Virus record (IMG/VR): IMGVR_UViG_3300032227_001172
Coordinates: 32,001-96,000 of that record
Direction: 5' to 3' (one strand)
Source of the DNA: a virus
Lineage: Duplodnaviria; Caudoviricetes
Length of the DNA: 64,000 bases
Shown here: positions 30,084-41,396 of the stretch, in pieces
How the letters are laid out: each line of letters starts with the position of its first letter
Numbering within the stretch: the stretch's first letter is position 1
Translations under genes and position numbers: made by a program
Notes under the pieces: generated by a model
The model's database searches: none
What the model saw: only the letters and a program-made list of their open reading frames with translations
What the model was told of the DNA's origin: nothing

Positions 30084-30086
30084 ATT

Positions 30087-30419
30087 ATGAAAGTTAAATA
30101 CAAGCCAAATTCACGTTTAGAGTTTGAATTAGAAGGTGCTGGTCAAAAAGAAATATTTAAGGAATTAGCCACAGTACAAGAGATCTTCTCTGAAGATAAA
30201 TGTGGAGTATGTAAAAAGGACAATATTAAGTTTGTTGTTAGAAGTGTTGACGGCAACGACTACTATGAGATGAGATGCTTGTCTTGTGGTGCTGCTTTAG
30301 CATTTGGACAACATAAAAAAGGTGGCACTTTATTTCCAAAGCGTAGAGACGAAAACAATAATTGGTTAGACAATAACGGTTGGTACAAATGGAACAAAAA
30401 TCAAGAATCTTCAGACTGA
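30087..30419 (+). CDS. Zinc-ribbon hypothetical protein
   Basis: CGVC...YYEMRCLSCGA. Confidence 0.7.
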   Translation: MKVKYKPNSRLEFELEGAGQKEIFKELATVQEIFSEDKCGVCKKDNIKFVVRSVDGNDYYEMRCLSCGAALAFGQHKKGGTLFPKRRDENNNWLDNNGWYKWNKNQESSD

Positions 30420-31432
30420 TAGAAAATATTGTTATTATTGGCTATGATAATGGTTGTTGGCATAGCTTAATTTTTCATACCATATTATTACTAGTAATGG
30501 CTTTGATAGTGGAAATCCCTCCACCAATACATAAGCCTATTGTTTTAACAATCACATCTCATAATACCGAGGATGCATTAAGTATGGATCCTCCTTCTAT
30601 GTCCGTAGCATTTGATGACACTATAGATCAATCCGATGACGGTGCTTCTATGTTGGATCAAGTAGCTTATATTGATACGGCACCAGATATAGTTGACAAT
30701 ATAGATCTTCCAATTTTAGAAGAATATACTTCTTCTCAAACACAGGAGACTATAAATACAAAAGATCTAATGGAAAAGATTGGGAGAAATACAGACACAG
30801 AGCAATATGAACAAGACATTAAAAAGCCTTCATCTATTCCTATTCCGACAACACCAAAGATTAAAGTCAAAACAAATACTGGTGCTATAGCAAAACGTAG
30901 CCAACAGACCACCAATTCAACCAACACCGATAACCCACTGCGTCAACTAATAGCAGATGGTACATCAATAGGCGATGGTATACCACGAGAGGTTCTAAGT
31001 AATGGAGATGGACAAAATACCGGTGATATAGATGGTCGCCTTAAAATGTATGGAGCCAAAACAGGAGATATTCAAATATCTTTAATATGGAATACTGTTG
31101 ATGATATAGACTTACATGTTAATTATTCTAATAGATCAAGCAACGAAACTATTTTTTGGAGATATAGATTAGGCCGTAGTGGTGGGATGCTCGATATTGA
31201 TATGAATGGTAGTGGTCCACAGTCCAATAAGCCCATAGAAAATATTTTTTGGCCCAATAATGCAGCACCATCTGGACAATACACAATTGGGGTACATTTT
31301 TTTAGGTCATGGTCACAAAATAAGACTGTGCCAGTAATAATAAGAGTGCAGACTCTTAAGGGTGTTACTTTCCATAATGCTATAGTTAGATTGGGTAGTC
31401 CTTTAACTATAGTAACAACTTTTTCTAATTAA
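30380..31432 (+). CDS. Membrane-anchored protein with C-terminal YfaP/DUF2135-like domain
   Basis: TM segment SLIFHTILLLVMALIV, acidic/Pro/Thr linker, GDIQISLIWN..DDIDLHV, GGMLDIDMN, ENIFWP..APSGQY.IGVHFF. Confidence 0.7.
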   Translation: MVQMEQKSRIFRLIENIVIIGYDNGCWHSLIFHTILLLVMALIVEIPPPIHKPIVLTITSHNTEDALSMDPPSMSVAFDDTIDQSDDGASMLDQVAYIDTAPDIVDNIDLPILEEYTSSQTQETINTKDLMEKIGRNTDTEQYEQDIKKPSSIPIPTTPKIKVKTNTGAIAKRSQQTTNSTNTDNPLRQLIADGTSIGDGIPREVLSNGDGQNTGDIDGRLKMYGAKTGDIQISLIWNTVDDIDLHVNYSNRSSNETIFWRYRLGRSGGMLDIDMNGSGPQSNKPIENIFWPNNAAPSGQYTIGVHFFRSWSQNKTVPVIIRVQTLKGVTFHNAIVRLGSPLTIVTTFSN

Positions 31433-31877
31433 TAGGTCCCCATCTGCCATCAGGACAATTAGCATGTTTATTTGCTAATTTATTCTTGTAGTTTTTTTCT
31501 CTAACAATATGACATCCACACAACATACAAGCGTCGTCTTTATAGTAGTTACATTGTTTACAAATGCTTAATCTTTTTTCTATATCTTGTTGTGAACACA
31601 AACCATCGAGATGATCGTCTGCTTTAGGCTTATGAGACTCATCAATAACATTACTCATAATCTTAGTAATATCATTATTATTATTTACTATCTGTGCATT
31701 TTTTAAAACTTCTGGCTTGCCATTAGAAACTTCTTGTGTAAAAAGACTAGTCGCATATGGAAAACATAGAATTTTAGCTTCTGGATTTTCCAAAGATAGA
31801 ATTAATCCACAATTATTACACTTATAAATCTTTTTATTTTTAAAGATTTCGCCTGTTTCTTGGAATTCACAATACAT
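31425..31877 (-). CDS. Cys-rich small protein (DUF6171-like C-terminus)
   Basis: RLSICKQC...CMLCGC...KL....ANCP..RW; N-terminal CNNC. Confidence 0.7.
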   Translation of the reverse strand: MYCEFQETGEIFKNKKIYKCNNCGLILSLENPEAKILCFPYATSLFTQEVSNGKPEVLKNAQIVNNNNDITKIMSNVIDESHKPKADDHLDGLCSQQDIEKRLSICKQCNYYKDDACMLCGCHIVREKNYKNKLANKHANCPDGRWGPIN

Positions 31878-34800
31878 TATTGCCAGATCTCATTATTTAA
31901 ACGACTTAAAAAGTTATAACTATTTCTTATATCTTGAGCACTCCAACATATCCAATCTCTGCTATCACAAATTGTTTGCTTGTCTGCTGTTCCAGCCACA
32001 GTATTATAACAACCTATAGATGATTCGCAAGCTCCTTTATTATAAAATGGAGATGTTCTGATATATGTATTTGGTAATCCTATAAAAGAAAAATAACCAA
32101 AATAACTAGTAACTCCTACTTTATAACTATCTGGGAAAGGATTAAATGTACAAGGAGCGATAGAGTTATTAGTTTTAACAGTTGGACTTACAAATGGTGT
32201 TGGAGCAATTTCTATAACAGTATCACTAGTAGATGGATCAAAGGTTCCTGTCTGAGAACTTTGTGTGGTTGCCGTAGTTCTATACTTATATTTGATATAA
32301 TGAACATCATAATATATAGTCATATTCTCAAAAGCGACACCACCATCAGCACGAGCTTGTGCTTTAGTAACATCTCTACTACTAGAATATTTATGTAAAG
32401 TACAACTTCCTGGGATAACCCCTTCAAAAATATCATCATCGGCTATTTCAGGTTGTACTTGACATTCGTGCATTGGTCCACTATATGCCGATATAGAGGA
32501 ATTGGTAGCATATGTTCTATCAAACATTCGCTTAATATTGTTTTCAAAAACTTTAGCTTGGGCTTCTGCTGTTGGTCCATGAGCAGATAAGCTAAAATCG
32601 AACGGATCACACTCTACAACAGTAACCTTTCCACCATAATTATTACCCCAATAATAGTGGTGGTTACCCCCCCAAACTAATACAACGGGATTTTGACAAA
32701 CTTTCCACGGAGCACCACTTCCATCACATAAGCTACTCAAATAACCATTATTGGCATAACAAGGAGGTAAACCTCTACCAAAATCATCACAACAGTCTCC
32801 TTGTCTAACTCCTGTAGTAACAATATATTTATTGCCACCATTTACATTAGCATAGCTGAAAGTTCCCACAACACAAACTGCAGTAAAATCTTGCGTGGTA
32901 TAATTGACTCTCTGAGAATCTATTAATATATCAGCATCATTCTGACAATTTGCATTACACGAAGAATTAATATTTTCTGATACAGAGTATTTTTGATTAC
33001 TGAAACTAACAAAAATTTCTGGACAATTATTTCCTATATCTAGAGGGACGCAATAACTTTTAGTTGTGACAGACTGTATTATCTGACCATTTTGGCTCAT
33101 AATCGCCTTAGAAGATGATACATATAAAGTTATTTGACCATTATTATAAGAGACCGATAGTATATCTACTGGGCATGGAGACGGAGTATAGGGAGCCACA
33201 TCTTTAGTAATAGTTCTTACATAAACTTTGCGTATTACTTGACGACCAGACTGTATAGAAACACCATCGCATCCCGGCGGCATTGTCGCCGAAAAACACA
33301 TTGTTGGCATACATCCAGATACAACATTTAGTGGTTCTGATAAAGGACAACTTTCTCCAGGAGCAGGATAGGTCACAGGATTACCATAACGGTCTCTTCT
33401 AGGATCATCTCCATGTAGACCACCACTATCTGGCGGAGGTTGATCAGGATTACTAATAATTGGAGTATTATCAGTAATAACATAACGATATCTATAGGAA
33501 TGACCATACAGAGTAAATTTATAAGAACAATCTTCGAATTCATATGTGAAATTTGGTGAACCAAAAGCATAATCAACACCCTCAAATTTATCACAAGTCT
33601 CACAACCTTCTTGAGTATCGTCCACTCTACAATAACCAAATGTAAAAGGATCATTAGGTTGTGTTCCTGGATGACATGGAGGATTCGAGATAACTGGTCG
33701 TACTACTCTAAACCAATCCATACCTACTCCAACCGTGCGAGTAGTAGTATCTGGATTAGTATTAACTGGCGTAGTTATAATGCCGTCGTCGGTTTTTCCT
33801 GTTGTTGTTGCAACAAGTTCTATAGTTTCTTGATCATTACTTGACTCAGGAGGGTCCGGAATATCATCATCAGTAAAATACTGTTGAGAAATTAAACTTT
33901 TTTGTTTATAAATACCTTGATATAAAATTGTACTAACTGTCTTATTTCCAATATTACCTTCTAACAATAAGCTATTAGTGGTGGTATCAAAAGCCATAGA
34001 TAAAGTAATATTTACATTACCAATAGTCATTACAATACCATCGCCTATTTCTTTAGTACCTCTAACATTTAAAGAACCAGCAACAGTCAGATTTGTATTG
34101 GCGTTTTTATCATAATTATATAGGATTTCATCGTAAATATTTCTCGGCTTTACTTCTGGATCAGAATAATTTAATAAATCATTTTTACTTAATGCTTTTT
34201 TATCTATAAATAATTGTTGTTTATTAATTACTTGTTTTTCACCATATAATATTCTAAACAACATTTCATTTGCATGTATGTCCATATTCTGAACATTAAT
34301 ACTGTGTGTTGTTGTGTTTCGATTTTCTTCTATAAAATCTTGATAAGAAGATAAAAATATTCTACTTTTGTGAGAAGGAATTGGAGTTGAAGAAGAACAG
34401 TCAATACTATTATTAATTGGATTATTAGCAGGTAGTTCGGTTCTAGTTATTGTAATATAATTATTATTTCCTAAAGTATTATATAATCCAGCATCATAGC
34501 TTAAATATCCTTCCACACTATCGTTTAGATCATCGAAAGTAATAGTTTTTGGTTTGCCTATAGCAAATTGAGATACTAAATCAATAGATCCAGCAGACCT
34601 AAAAATACATGAAGCTTTGACATTTTCTCTACTATATTGTGGTTGTTGACCACATTTATCCGGATTATCCATATCCGCATATACGGCTTGTCTATAAAAA
34701 GCATTAGATCTTTTTATTTTTTGAGTTATAAAATGTGAATCTGGAGTAATAGTATTAATATATGGATTCATATTATTTGGTTTAAATAATACTCTAGCAT

Positions 34801-37800
34801 TATCTATTGAACTACTCTTATCCTCTTTAATAGTTCTATCTAACCAAAAAATAGGATCGTCTAATCGTAAAGTTTCTGTATAAAAGTTTTTCGTTGAATC
34901 AGGAACAAAAGCACTTTCTAATTCATTTAGATCATTAACAATAAGCAGATCGTTCGTATCAGGATTAATACCAGAAATATCTATTGGATTATCATAAATA
35001 TTAACTAAAGCACTAGAATAAAAATCCCAATGAGTCTCATAATTATTATACCACGGAGGATCCAAATTCATACTGAAAAATCTGTCAAAGTCAAACTCAA
35101 AATTACCAGTAATATCTTGATTAAAAAATAAAATAGGTATATAATTTTCAAATTTATCAAGCGGTATACTCCATAAATCTTCAGTAATAAAATTATATTT
35201 TTGTAATAAAAAGAAGATAGGATTATTAATAGTGTATACGTCAATGGGATTTTCTTCTGCTAATGAATATTTAATTCCAAAAAGGAATTTTGAATAACCA
35301 TCATTTACTATTTGTTTATATAATAAATTTTCATATGGTGTAGGCGGCAGCTTACGACTTTGATAGTTGGAGATGTAAGGATTATTTAATAAAAAACCAT
35401 CATATTTAACTAAATCTCCCCATTTTGTGCTATATGCTTTGTTAGACAGCAGTACATCTTTATCAGTAGATTTTAATTGATCCCATATATAATTTATATT
35501 TCCAAAGTCTACATATATAGAGTTTCCTATTTCATCCTTGATAACAGTTTGAGTGGTCAGTTCTGTAAATAATTTAATTTTTTTAGTACCTGCATAGTCA
35601 CCATTGACTGTTTCATTTTTATCATTATAAATTTTAGCTATAAGTTTTTTACCAATAATCGTTACTGATATTGCAGGCTCTAACGAAATTTCACTACGGA
35701 AAATTGGACGAACACGAAATTGTTTTAGAAAATATGATAAATTGCTTGCGCATTTTTTATATGTATCATAAATATAGCCATTAGCTGATAGATTGTCATA
35801 ATCAATTTCTAGATTTGAGTGAGAGTCTAAAATGTTGGGATCATTTCCAATGAAAATATAATTTTTAAGATTGCTGCTAGAAATCCCTATATATAGAAAA
35901 TAATCTTTCTTGTTTCCATTATTTTGAATAGCTACTAAATTATTTGGTTCTATAGACGAACTAGAACTATTAGCTACATGAGTAATAATATCTGAGTATT
36001 GACTATCAATAATAGTACGTTTTTCTGGAATCATTGTATATGCTAACGATCCTTCTATACGAATAGTATTTGAATTTATGACGGTAGCTTTTTGAAAATA
36101 AGGATAATTATCAAGTTTTAAAGATATTGGTTTTTTTGGTACTGCAGGAATAACACAACCGATTTTTTTAGAATATAGTGGATTACGCACATATTCAAAT
36201 AGTTTTGGGCTACCAATATATTTCTTATCATCCCTAATAAATCCTCCACGATTACTAAATTTAGCAGTATACCATTTGTTCTCGTGTTTTATATAAAGTC
36301 GTGGTTTTCTATGTATAGAGAAAGAATCTATACTATTTAATATATTAATAGAATCGTCATTAAGTTGACCATACATAAGATTCTGGTTTGCCCAAGAGAG
36401 ATTATCAGAGTCATTAATAGTATATAAGATATTATCATATTTTATGATACCGTTAGTGTCTATAGCTTCTAGCGGCGACCGGCCTTCTAAATTTCCTCCA
36501 ATAAGGTCATCTATAGATGAGTATAGACCTTTATGAGGAATAAAATGTCCTTTAGTAAGAGTTATGGGTTCTACAATGGTCGTGCCGGTGCCGTTTTCTG
36601 GACTATTTAATGTAAAAGTTAATAGTTGTTGCCTAGGCTTTTGTAAAAAAGTCAAATTGACAGTCGATAGTTCGTCTCCTCTAACGCCATCTATAATTAA
36701 GTTAGCACCAGCTGATACGCTACACTGATCGCCGGTGGGTATAGCTAATTCTTGTTGACCAATAATTTTTTCTAAAAATGGATTAGTGACTTTGATAGAT
36801 ACAGACGATATACTAGTATTAGCTTCATATAGTATTTTTTTTTGTTTATTGTATAATACTAAGTCATTTACACGCACCCTATTTAAAAATCGTTTCCAAT
36901 TGTAATTAACGGTACTACTTTCTCCGTCCGACGAAAAAGAAACGGCCCTACCTAGGTAGTCAATATTCTCATTGACCGTCACATAAATATCTGCATGATC
37001 CGTTGAAAAATTTTGCAAATTAAGGCTATAACTACGATTAGTATAATTTAATATACTAATAGAATACGATTTATCGCATGAGTATGGGTCTTCTGGGTTT
37101 AATTTAAGCTGTATTTTGGGTAAATTCCCTGCCATAGAAGGCACAGTAATCCCAAATAATTCTTTTACTTCTTCTTCGGTATATCCTCCATAATATTTTA
37201 TATCTGGACTATTATTAGTAGATAAACTAGGAACATACAAGCTAGAAGATCGATAAGTAGAGTTGTCACTATTACATAACAAACTTCTAGCTCCATATTG
37301 AGATAAATTTAGTCCATAGCATTTACAAATATTATTCAAATCAGTTGGGAATCTCTTACAAAGATACGAATCTGAATCACTAGATTGTAATTTTTCTATA
37401 TACAAACTATAAAGTTTGATACCAACATCGTTAGTATTAAAATTAATACTAATCTTTGATGCATTATTATTAGTAATATTTCTGTCGAACACAACAGCAT
37501 TAGTTGCACCAAAAGTGGCAGAATTAAAATATACGCCTCCGTGCTCATGAAATGCCACTAAATCTAAATGAGGATTAAATGCTAGGGCCTTATATCTTCT
37601 ATAATCATAGAATGTTCCATCAACCATAGTTCTCAAAGGTCTTTTTCCATCTGGTCTGGGCCTACCCGTTGCTGGATCTGTACCTTCGCTATTATTTAGA
37701 AAATTAGCCAATAAACTATAGCAAAAGGTTTTGCTGTCATCCCTTACTCCGCCTATAATAGGAGGGGTACAGAGAGATTCAGCATCATCAGCTAAATAAA

Positions 37801-39772
37801 ATGAAGAATTTGCTCCACAACTAGTACAAGAAGCCGAGAACCCAGCAGAAGAAGATGTTGTAATTCTAGGATAAATATCAGTTAAAATGTAGGCACCGCT
37901 ATACGCCGGCACGCTGCTAAAGACCTTATTATTTAATAACAAATTACCATATATCGCAAAATCAAAACTTTCTAGGTCTCCATTGGTACAAGATTGTTGA
38001 TGCCTATAATTATCCGATAGTTTGGTAGAAACTATTGCGTCGCCAGCGGTAATACTTTGTTCATAACTAAAATTTTTAGATGTAGTACCAGCCAAAGTAT
38101 TACAGCTATTGATTTCTGATACTACATTTGAATTCTTAACAAGTTTGGTTCTGAATTTTTTTAATATATCTTGCTTGCGAATATTCATATCAAAATCTAA
38201 ATCAATATACATAGATTTTGCAGTTTCATTAAGATTTAATGATATAGATGCAGACTGGGTATTTGGTGGTATCCAAAGATAGCCACCATATTTATGGTAT
38301 AAGGTATTTACTAAATCATTTGTTGTTTGAATATAGTTTAAACCACGACTAGATCCATAAGTAGTACCTATCAACATGTCCCTATTAAGTTGTTGAATTT
38401 GTTTGTAGTTATTAAATTGAGTATATAGTTCTTGGCCGTCTGGATGCAGCAAATCAACTGTGTATCCATCATACAGCGGAGCGGTTGACATAATAGCTGC
38501 TAATCGTAAAGCTTCATTATGAGTTTCGCCAAGTATAATATATTTTTCATAAAAAGAATAAAATGTTGGATATATATTATTAGAAATATATAAACATTCT
38601 GAACCAGTAGGAACGATGCCTTTGAATGTAGCTCCGTCTACTACCTTTAAACCAGATGGACATTCTTTGATTGTGGAACCTGTAGAATCAAAAGTTCGAC
38701 TAAAATAATCTGTATTAGTAACTTCTGGTCCGTCTGTTTTAGCCCAAAAAACATCTCCATCTGAAATATATAAATCAATTCCGGCAATAGGTCTCTTGTC
38801 GTCTCTTCTGTCTTTATCGTAATATCTATACCATCCTAAAATTCCACTATTGTAATTCCATTTCCAGTGAGATGCTATTTTTTCACCACCAATAAATAAA
38901 TTATTATATGTGTTATTATTAAAACCATATGGTATAGTAAAATCTCCTGTTGATGGAATATCGTTAGAAGTGCCTACTCCAGAAAATATGGTATTATATG
39001 CATTTTTATATCCACTATTACTAACTGATAGTAGTAAAAAATTACCACATGTCCTACTAACTAAACCATCTTTTAATTTAGATTTAATGTGTGTATATTC
39101 ATTTAGATGATAAGATGTAAATGAATCATAGTCGATTTCTCCTATTTTTTCTTTTAATTTCCAATCTATACAAAATTGTGCATTAGAGATCGTTAAATCT
39201 GAAAATTCATTAAAAGATATAAATTGTTCAACACCTAATCCCGGATTAGAACAAGCAGGAAATTTTTCTTCTAGATGTTTAAAATCATAAAAACCAGATA
39301 GATATGTTTGGTTTAATAATGGTAGTTTGGGTAAGAAATCATCATTTTTGAATCTTACATCGCAAGCCCCTCCACAACAGTTAGCACTAAAAATACCATT
39401 TGGCCCTAATACCTGTTCTGAATTATTGTCTGTGGTATCGTATAGTTTCCATGTAGCAGTATAGTTTCCACAATATTCACAACTCAAATTAGCTGTTTTA
39501 GTATCATTATAAAAACCAACACCTTGTGACGTCACTTGATTACTATTACAATTACAAGGATCAAACTTATCAATTTTAGAAAGACCAGCCTGAACCAATG
39601 GCTCACAATATTCTGCTTTATTATTTTCCGATTTAATAACTATAGGTTGCCATAGTCCAGAATCTTGAGTAGAAAATGGTTCTAACAGACTTTGAATAAA
39701 ATTTAATTTAATAGTAGGACTATTTTTTGTATCTTGTTGAATAGATTTATTGAATAATGTACAACTATTCAT
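31877..39772 (-). CDS. Giant Cys-rich virion/tail-associated protein (2631 aa)
   Basis: Uninterrupted ORF in the structural block; beta-rich N/S/T composition; Cys clusters at both ends. Confidence 0.6.
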   Translation of the reverse strand: MNSCTLFNKSIQQDTKNSPTIKLNFIQSLLEPFSTQDSGLWQPIVIKSENNKAEYCEPLVQAGLSKIDKFDPCNCNSNQVTSQGVGFYNDTKTANLSCEYCGNYTATWKLYDTTDNNSEQVLGPNGIFSANCCGGACDVRFKNDDFLPKLPLLNQTYLSGFYDFKHLEEKFPACSNPGLGVEQFISFNEFSDLTISNAQFCIDWKLKEKIGEIDYDSFTSYHLNEYTHIKSKLKDGLVSRTCGNFLLLSVSNSGYKNAYNTIFSGVGTSNDIPSTGDFTIPYGFNNNTYNNLFIGGEKIASHWKWNYNSGILGWYRYYDKDRRDDKRPIAGIDLYISDGDVFWAKTDGPEVTNTDYFSRTFDSTGSTIKECPSGLKVVDGATFKGIVPTGSECLYISNNIYPTFYSFYEKYIILGETHNEALRLAAIMSTAPLYDGYTVDLLHPDGQELYTQFNNYKQIQQLNRDMLIGTTYGSSRGLNYIQTTNDLVNTLYHKYGGYLWIPPNTQSASISLNLNETAKSMYIDLDFDMNIRKQDILKKFRTKLVKNSNVVSEINSCNTLAGTTSKNFSYEQSITAGDAIVSTKLSDNYRHQQSCTNGDLESFDFAIYGNLLLNNKVFSSVPAYSGAYILTDIYPRITTSSSAGFSASCTSCGANSSFYLADDAESLCTPPIIGGVRDDSKTFCYSLLANFLNNSEGTDPATGRPRPDGKRPLRTMVDGTFYDYRRYKALAFNPHLDLVAFHEHGGVYFNSATFGATNAVVFDRNITNNNASKISINFNTNDVGIKLYSLYIEKLQSSDSDSYLCKRFPTDLNNICKCYGLNLSQYGARSLLCNSDNSTYRSSSLYVPSLSTNNSPDIKYYGGYTEEEVKELFGITVPSMAGNLPKIQLKLNPEDPYSCDKSYSISILNYTNRSYSLNLQNFSTDHADIYVTVNENIDYLGRAVSFSSDGESSTVNYNWKRFLNRVRVNDLVLYNKQKKILYEANTSISSVSIKVTNPFLEKIIGQQELAIPTGDQCSVSAGANLIIDGVRGDELSTVNLTFLQKPRQQLLTFTLNSPENGTGTTIVEPITLTKGHFIPHKGLYSSIDDLIGGNLEGRSPLEAIDTNGIIKYDNILYTINDSDNLSWANQNLMYGQLNDDSINILNSIDSFSIHRKPRLYIKHENKWYTAKFSNRGGFIRDDKKYIGSPKLFEYVRNPLYSKKIGCVIPAVPKKPISLKLDNYPYFQKATVINSNTIRIEGSLAYTMIPEKRTIIDSQYSDIITHVANSSSSSIEPNNLVAIQNNGNKKDYFLYIGISSSNLKNYIFIGNDPNILDSHSNLEIDYDNLSANGYIYDTYKKCASNLSYFLKQFRVRPIFRSEISLEPAISVTIIGKKLIAKIYNDKNETVNGDYAGTKKIKLFTELTTQTVIKDEIGNSIYVDFGNINYIWDQLKSTDKDVLLSNKAYSTKWGDLVKYDGFLLNNPYISNYQSRKLPPTPYENLLYKQIVNDGYSKFLFGIKYSLAEENPIDVYTINNPIFFLLQKYNFITEDLWSIPLDKFENYIPILFFNQDITGNFEFDFDRFFSMNLDPPWYNNYETHWDFYSSALVNIYDNPIDISGINPDTNDLLIVNDLNELESAFVPDSTKNFYTETLRLDDPIFWLDRTIKEDKSSSIDNARVLFKPNNMNPYINTITPDSHFITQKIKRSNAFYRQAVYADMDNPDKCGQQPQYSRENVKASCIFRSAGSIDLVSQFAIGKPKTITFDDLNDSVEGYLSYDAGLYNTLGNNNYITITRTELPANNPINNSIDCSSSTPIPSHKSRIFLSSYQDFIEENRNTTTHSINVQNMDIHANEMLFRILYGEKQVINKQQLFIDKKALSKNDLLNYSDPEVKPRNIYDEILYNYDKNANTNLTVAGSLNVRGTKEIGDGIVMTIGNVNITLSMAFDTTTNSLLLEGNIGNKTVSTILYQGIYKQKSLISQQYFTDDDIPDPPESSNDQETIELVATTTGKTDDGIITTPVNTNPDTTTRTVGVGMDWFRVVRPVISNPPCHPGTQPNDPFTFGYCRVDDTQEGCETCDKFEGVDYAFGSPNFTYEFEDCSYKFTLYGHSYRYRYVITDNTPIISNPDQPPPDSGGLHGDDPRRDRYGNPVTYPAPGESCPLSEPLNVVSGCMPTMCFSATMPPGCDGVSIQSGRQVIRKVYVRTITKDVAPYTPSPCPVDILSVSYNNGQITLYVSSSKAIMSQNGQIIQSVTTKSYCVPLDIGNNCPEIFVSFSNQKYSVSENINSSCNANCQNDADILIDSQRVNYTTQDFTAVCVVGTFSYANVNGGNKYIVTTGVRQGDCCDDFGRGLPPCYANNGYLSSLCDGSGAPWKVCQNPVVLVWGGNHHYYWGNNYGGKVTVVECDPFDFSLSAHGPTAEAQAKVFENNIKRMFDRTYATNSSISAYSGPMHECQVQPEIADDDIFEGVIPGSCTLHKYSSSRDVTKAQARADGGVAFENMTIYYDVHYIKYKYRTTATTQSSQTGTFDPSTSDTVIEIAPTPFVSPTVKTNNSIAPCTFNPFPDSYKVGVTSYFGYFSFIGLPNTYIRTSPFYNKGACESSIGCYNTVAGTADKQTICDSRDWICWSAQDIRNSYNFLSRLNNEIWQ

Positions 39773-39775
39773 AGT

Positions 39776-41377
39776 TTATGCCACATTAGTTAAATTCCAT
39801 TTACCGCCTATAAAACTAAAAATACCTTTTTTTCCATTAATCGCCGGTAAACTTAAAGGATTAGCGAATATTTGACCCTCAAATACTTCTACAATATTAT
39901 ATTTACTATATTTAATAGTATAAGCATTATCTATATCAGCAACATTACTATTTTTAATAGTTCCAGTAGTAATAAATGGCTGATTATAAATAGGTTCATA
40001 AAAACCATTATCTGCATTGTATTTACAATATAAAGCTGCTCCTCGTGGAGCCTTAAATAAGCCTGTGGGATCTTTTACAAAAACTAGTCTGCGTTTTCCG
40101 TCAGGTAATGGAGTAGCATCAGAAACAGCATCTTCTATAATAGCCCGAACAGGAGTATCATTAAACATAGAATTTTCAATAGTTATCCATACCGGTTTAT
40201 AGTTAGATCCTACTGTCCAAACACCAGCATCTTCATCCCATCTAAGATCTAAAGGTCCAACAGGCCATGTAGCTGGTAATGATGCCCATCCTTTACGAAA
40301 AGTTCTTTCTTTATATGGTTTAGAATATGTTCCATCGCTTTGTAGTGTTTGATTTTTATATAATAAATTTCCTCTAGTATCCGTTATTGGTTCACTATCA
40401 TTAGTTAATAATAGTTCTCCAGAAGAATTGGGTACAGGATAGCCTTCTTTGTCGTATCCCCAAGCATGAATCATAATGGGGCCACGTAATGCAAAAAATC
40501 TTTGATTATTTTGATATCGTCCATTATCAAAGTCTAGGTCTTGTTCAGTAAAGTTTTTATTACTTTGGGACGAGACTATGGATCTGAGATTGCCTCCATA
40601 TTCAGGAGGATTCATACCAAAACCAACCACATCTATATTATGAACACAATTATCATTTGGTTGTTTTGAGCCAGAACAAGAAAATTCACCATTAGATAAA
40701 ACAATAGGATTTAATGTAAAATTGTTAATTCTGGTGGGTGATCCTTCTAATGATCGATCTCTGGTATCAATAATTTGATTATCTGGTCCTGAAGCTATAA
40801 GATATGGAGGAAATACTTCTCCTGGACTAACACTTTTTTCTAATGCTTTCTTTTTAACATCGTCTGCCACACAAAAATAACACGTAGATCTATAATTCAT
40901 AAATGAATTATTCTGAAAAGTAGAAAACGGCTGATTCAAAACTTCTGATACTAAAATGCTGGATAGTGCTCGTGGATTCGGTACCCTAGTATCTATAGTG
41001 CCAGCTCCTTTGCACCACGGACATTTACTTCTAGTATATTTAGTAATACTAAAAGTACTATTATATGGTGTTGGATAAAAAGAGATTGGAGATAAAAGAC
41101 CATCAAGACTCATAATAGACGCTCTCTTGTAAGAGAGTGGAGACATAAGAGAAGACATTTCTTGTGATTCTTCTGATACCAAATCAACACTTGTATGATT
41201 TCTTAAACTATTAAAAGAAAAACTAGTATCAGATCCAATATTAGGATTGAACATACCTTGAGGATCGATAATACCAGATGGAATTTCAGATAAATTAGTA
41301 AGACCATAAGATAATGGTACTAAATTATTATTTCTTCCTACTAAAACAAAACTATAATCAGAAAATCTTAATCCCAT
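39776..41377 (-). CDS. Putative tail tip/baseplate protein with zinc finger
   Basis: Structural block; CPWCKG.G...CYFC; own AAGGA RBS. Confidence 0.5.
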   Translation of the reverse strand: MGLRFSDYSFVLVGRNNNLVPLSYGLTNLSEIPSGIIDPQGMFNPNIGSDTSFSFNSLRNHTSVDLVSEESQEMSSLMSPLSYKRASIMSLDGLLSPISFYPTPYNSTFSITKYTRSKCPWCKGAGTIDTRVPNPRALSSILVSEVLNQPFSTFQNNSFMNYRSTCYFCVADDVKKKALEKSVSPGEVFPPYLIASGPDNQIIDTRDRSLEGSPTRINNFTLNPIVLSNGEFSCSGSKQPNDNCVHNIDVVGFGMNPPEYGGNLRSIVSSQSNKNFTEQDLDFDNGRYQNNQRFFALRGPIMIHAWGYDKEGYPVPNSSGELLLTNDSEPITDTRGNLLYKNQTLQSDGTYSKPYKERTFRKGWASLPATWPVGPLDLRWDEDAGVWTVGSNYKPVWITIENSMFNDTPVRAIIEDAVSDATPLPDGKRRLVFVKDPTGLFKAPRGAALYCKYNADNGFYEPIYNQPFITTGTIKNSNVADIDNAYTIKYSKYNIVEVFEGQIFANPLSLPAINGKKGIFSFIGGKWNLTNVA

Positions 41378-41396
41378 AATAAATAATCCTTAGATA

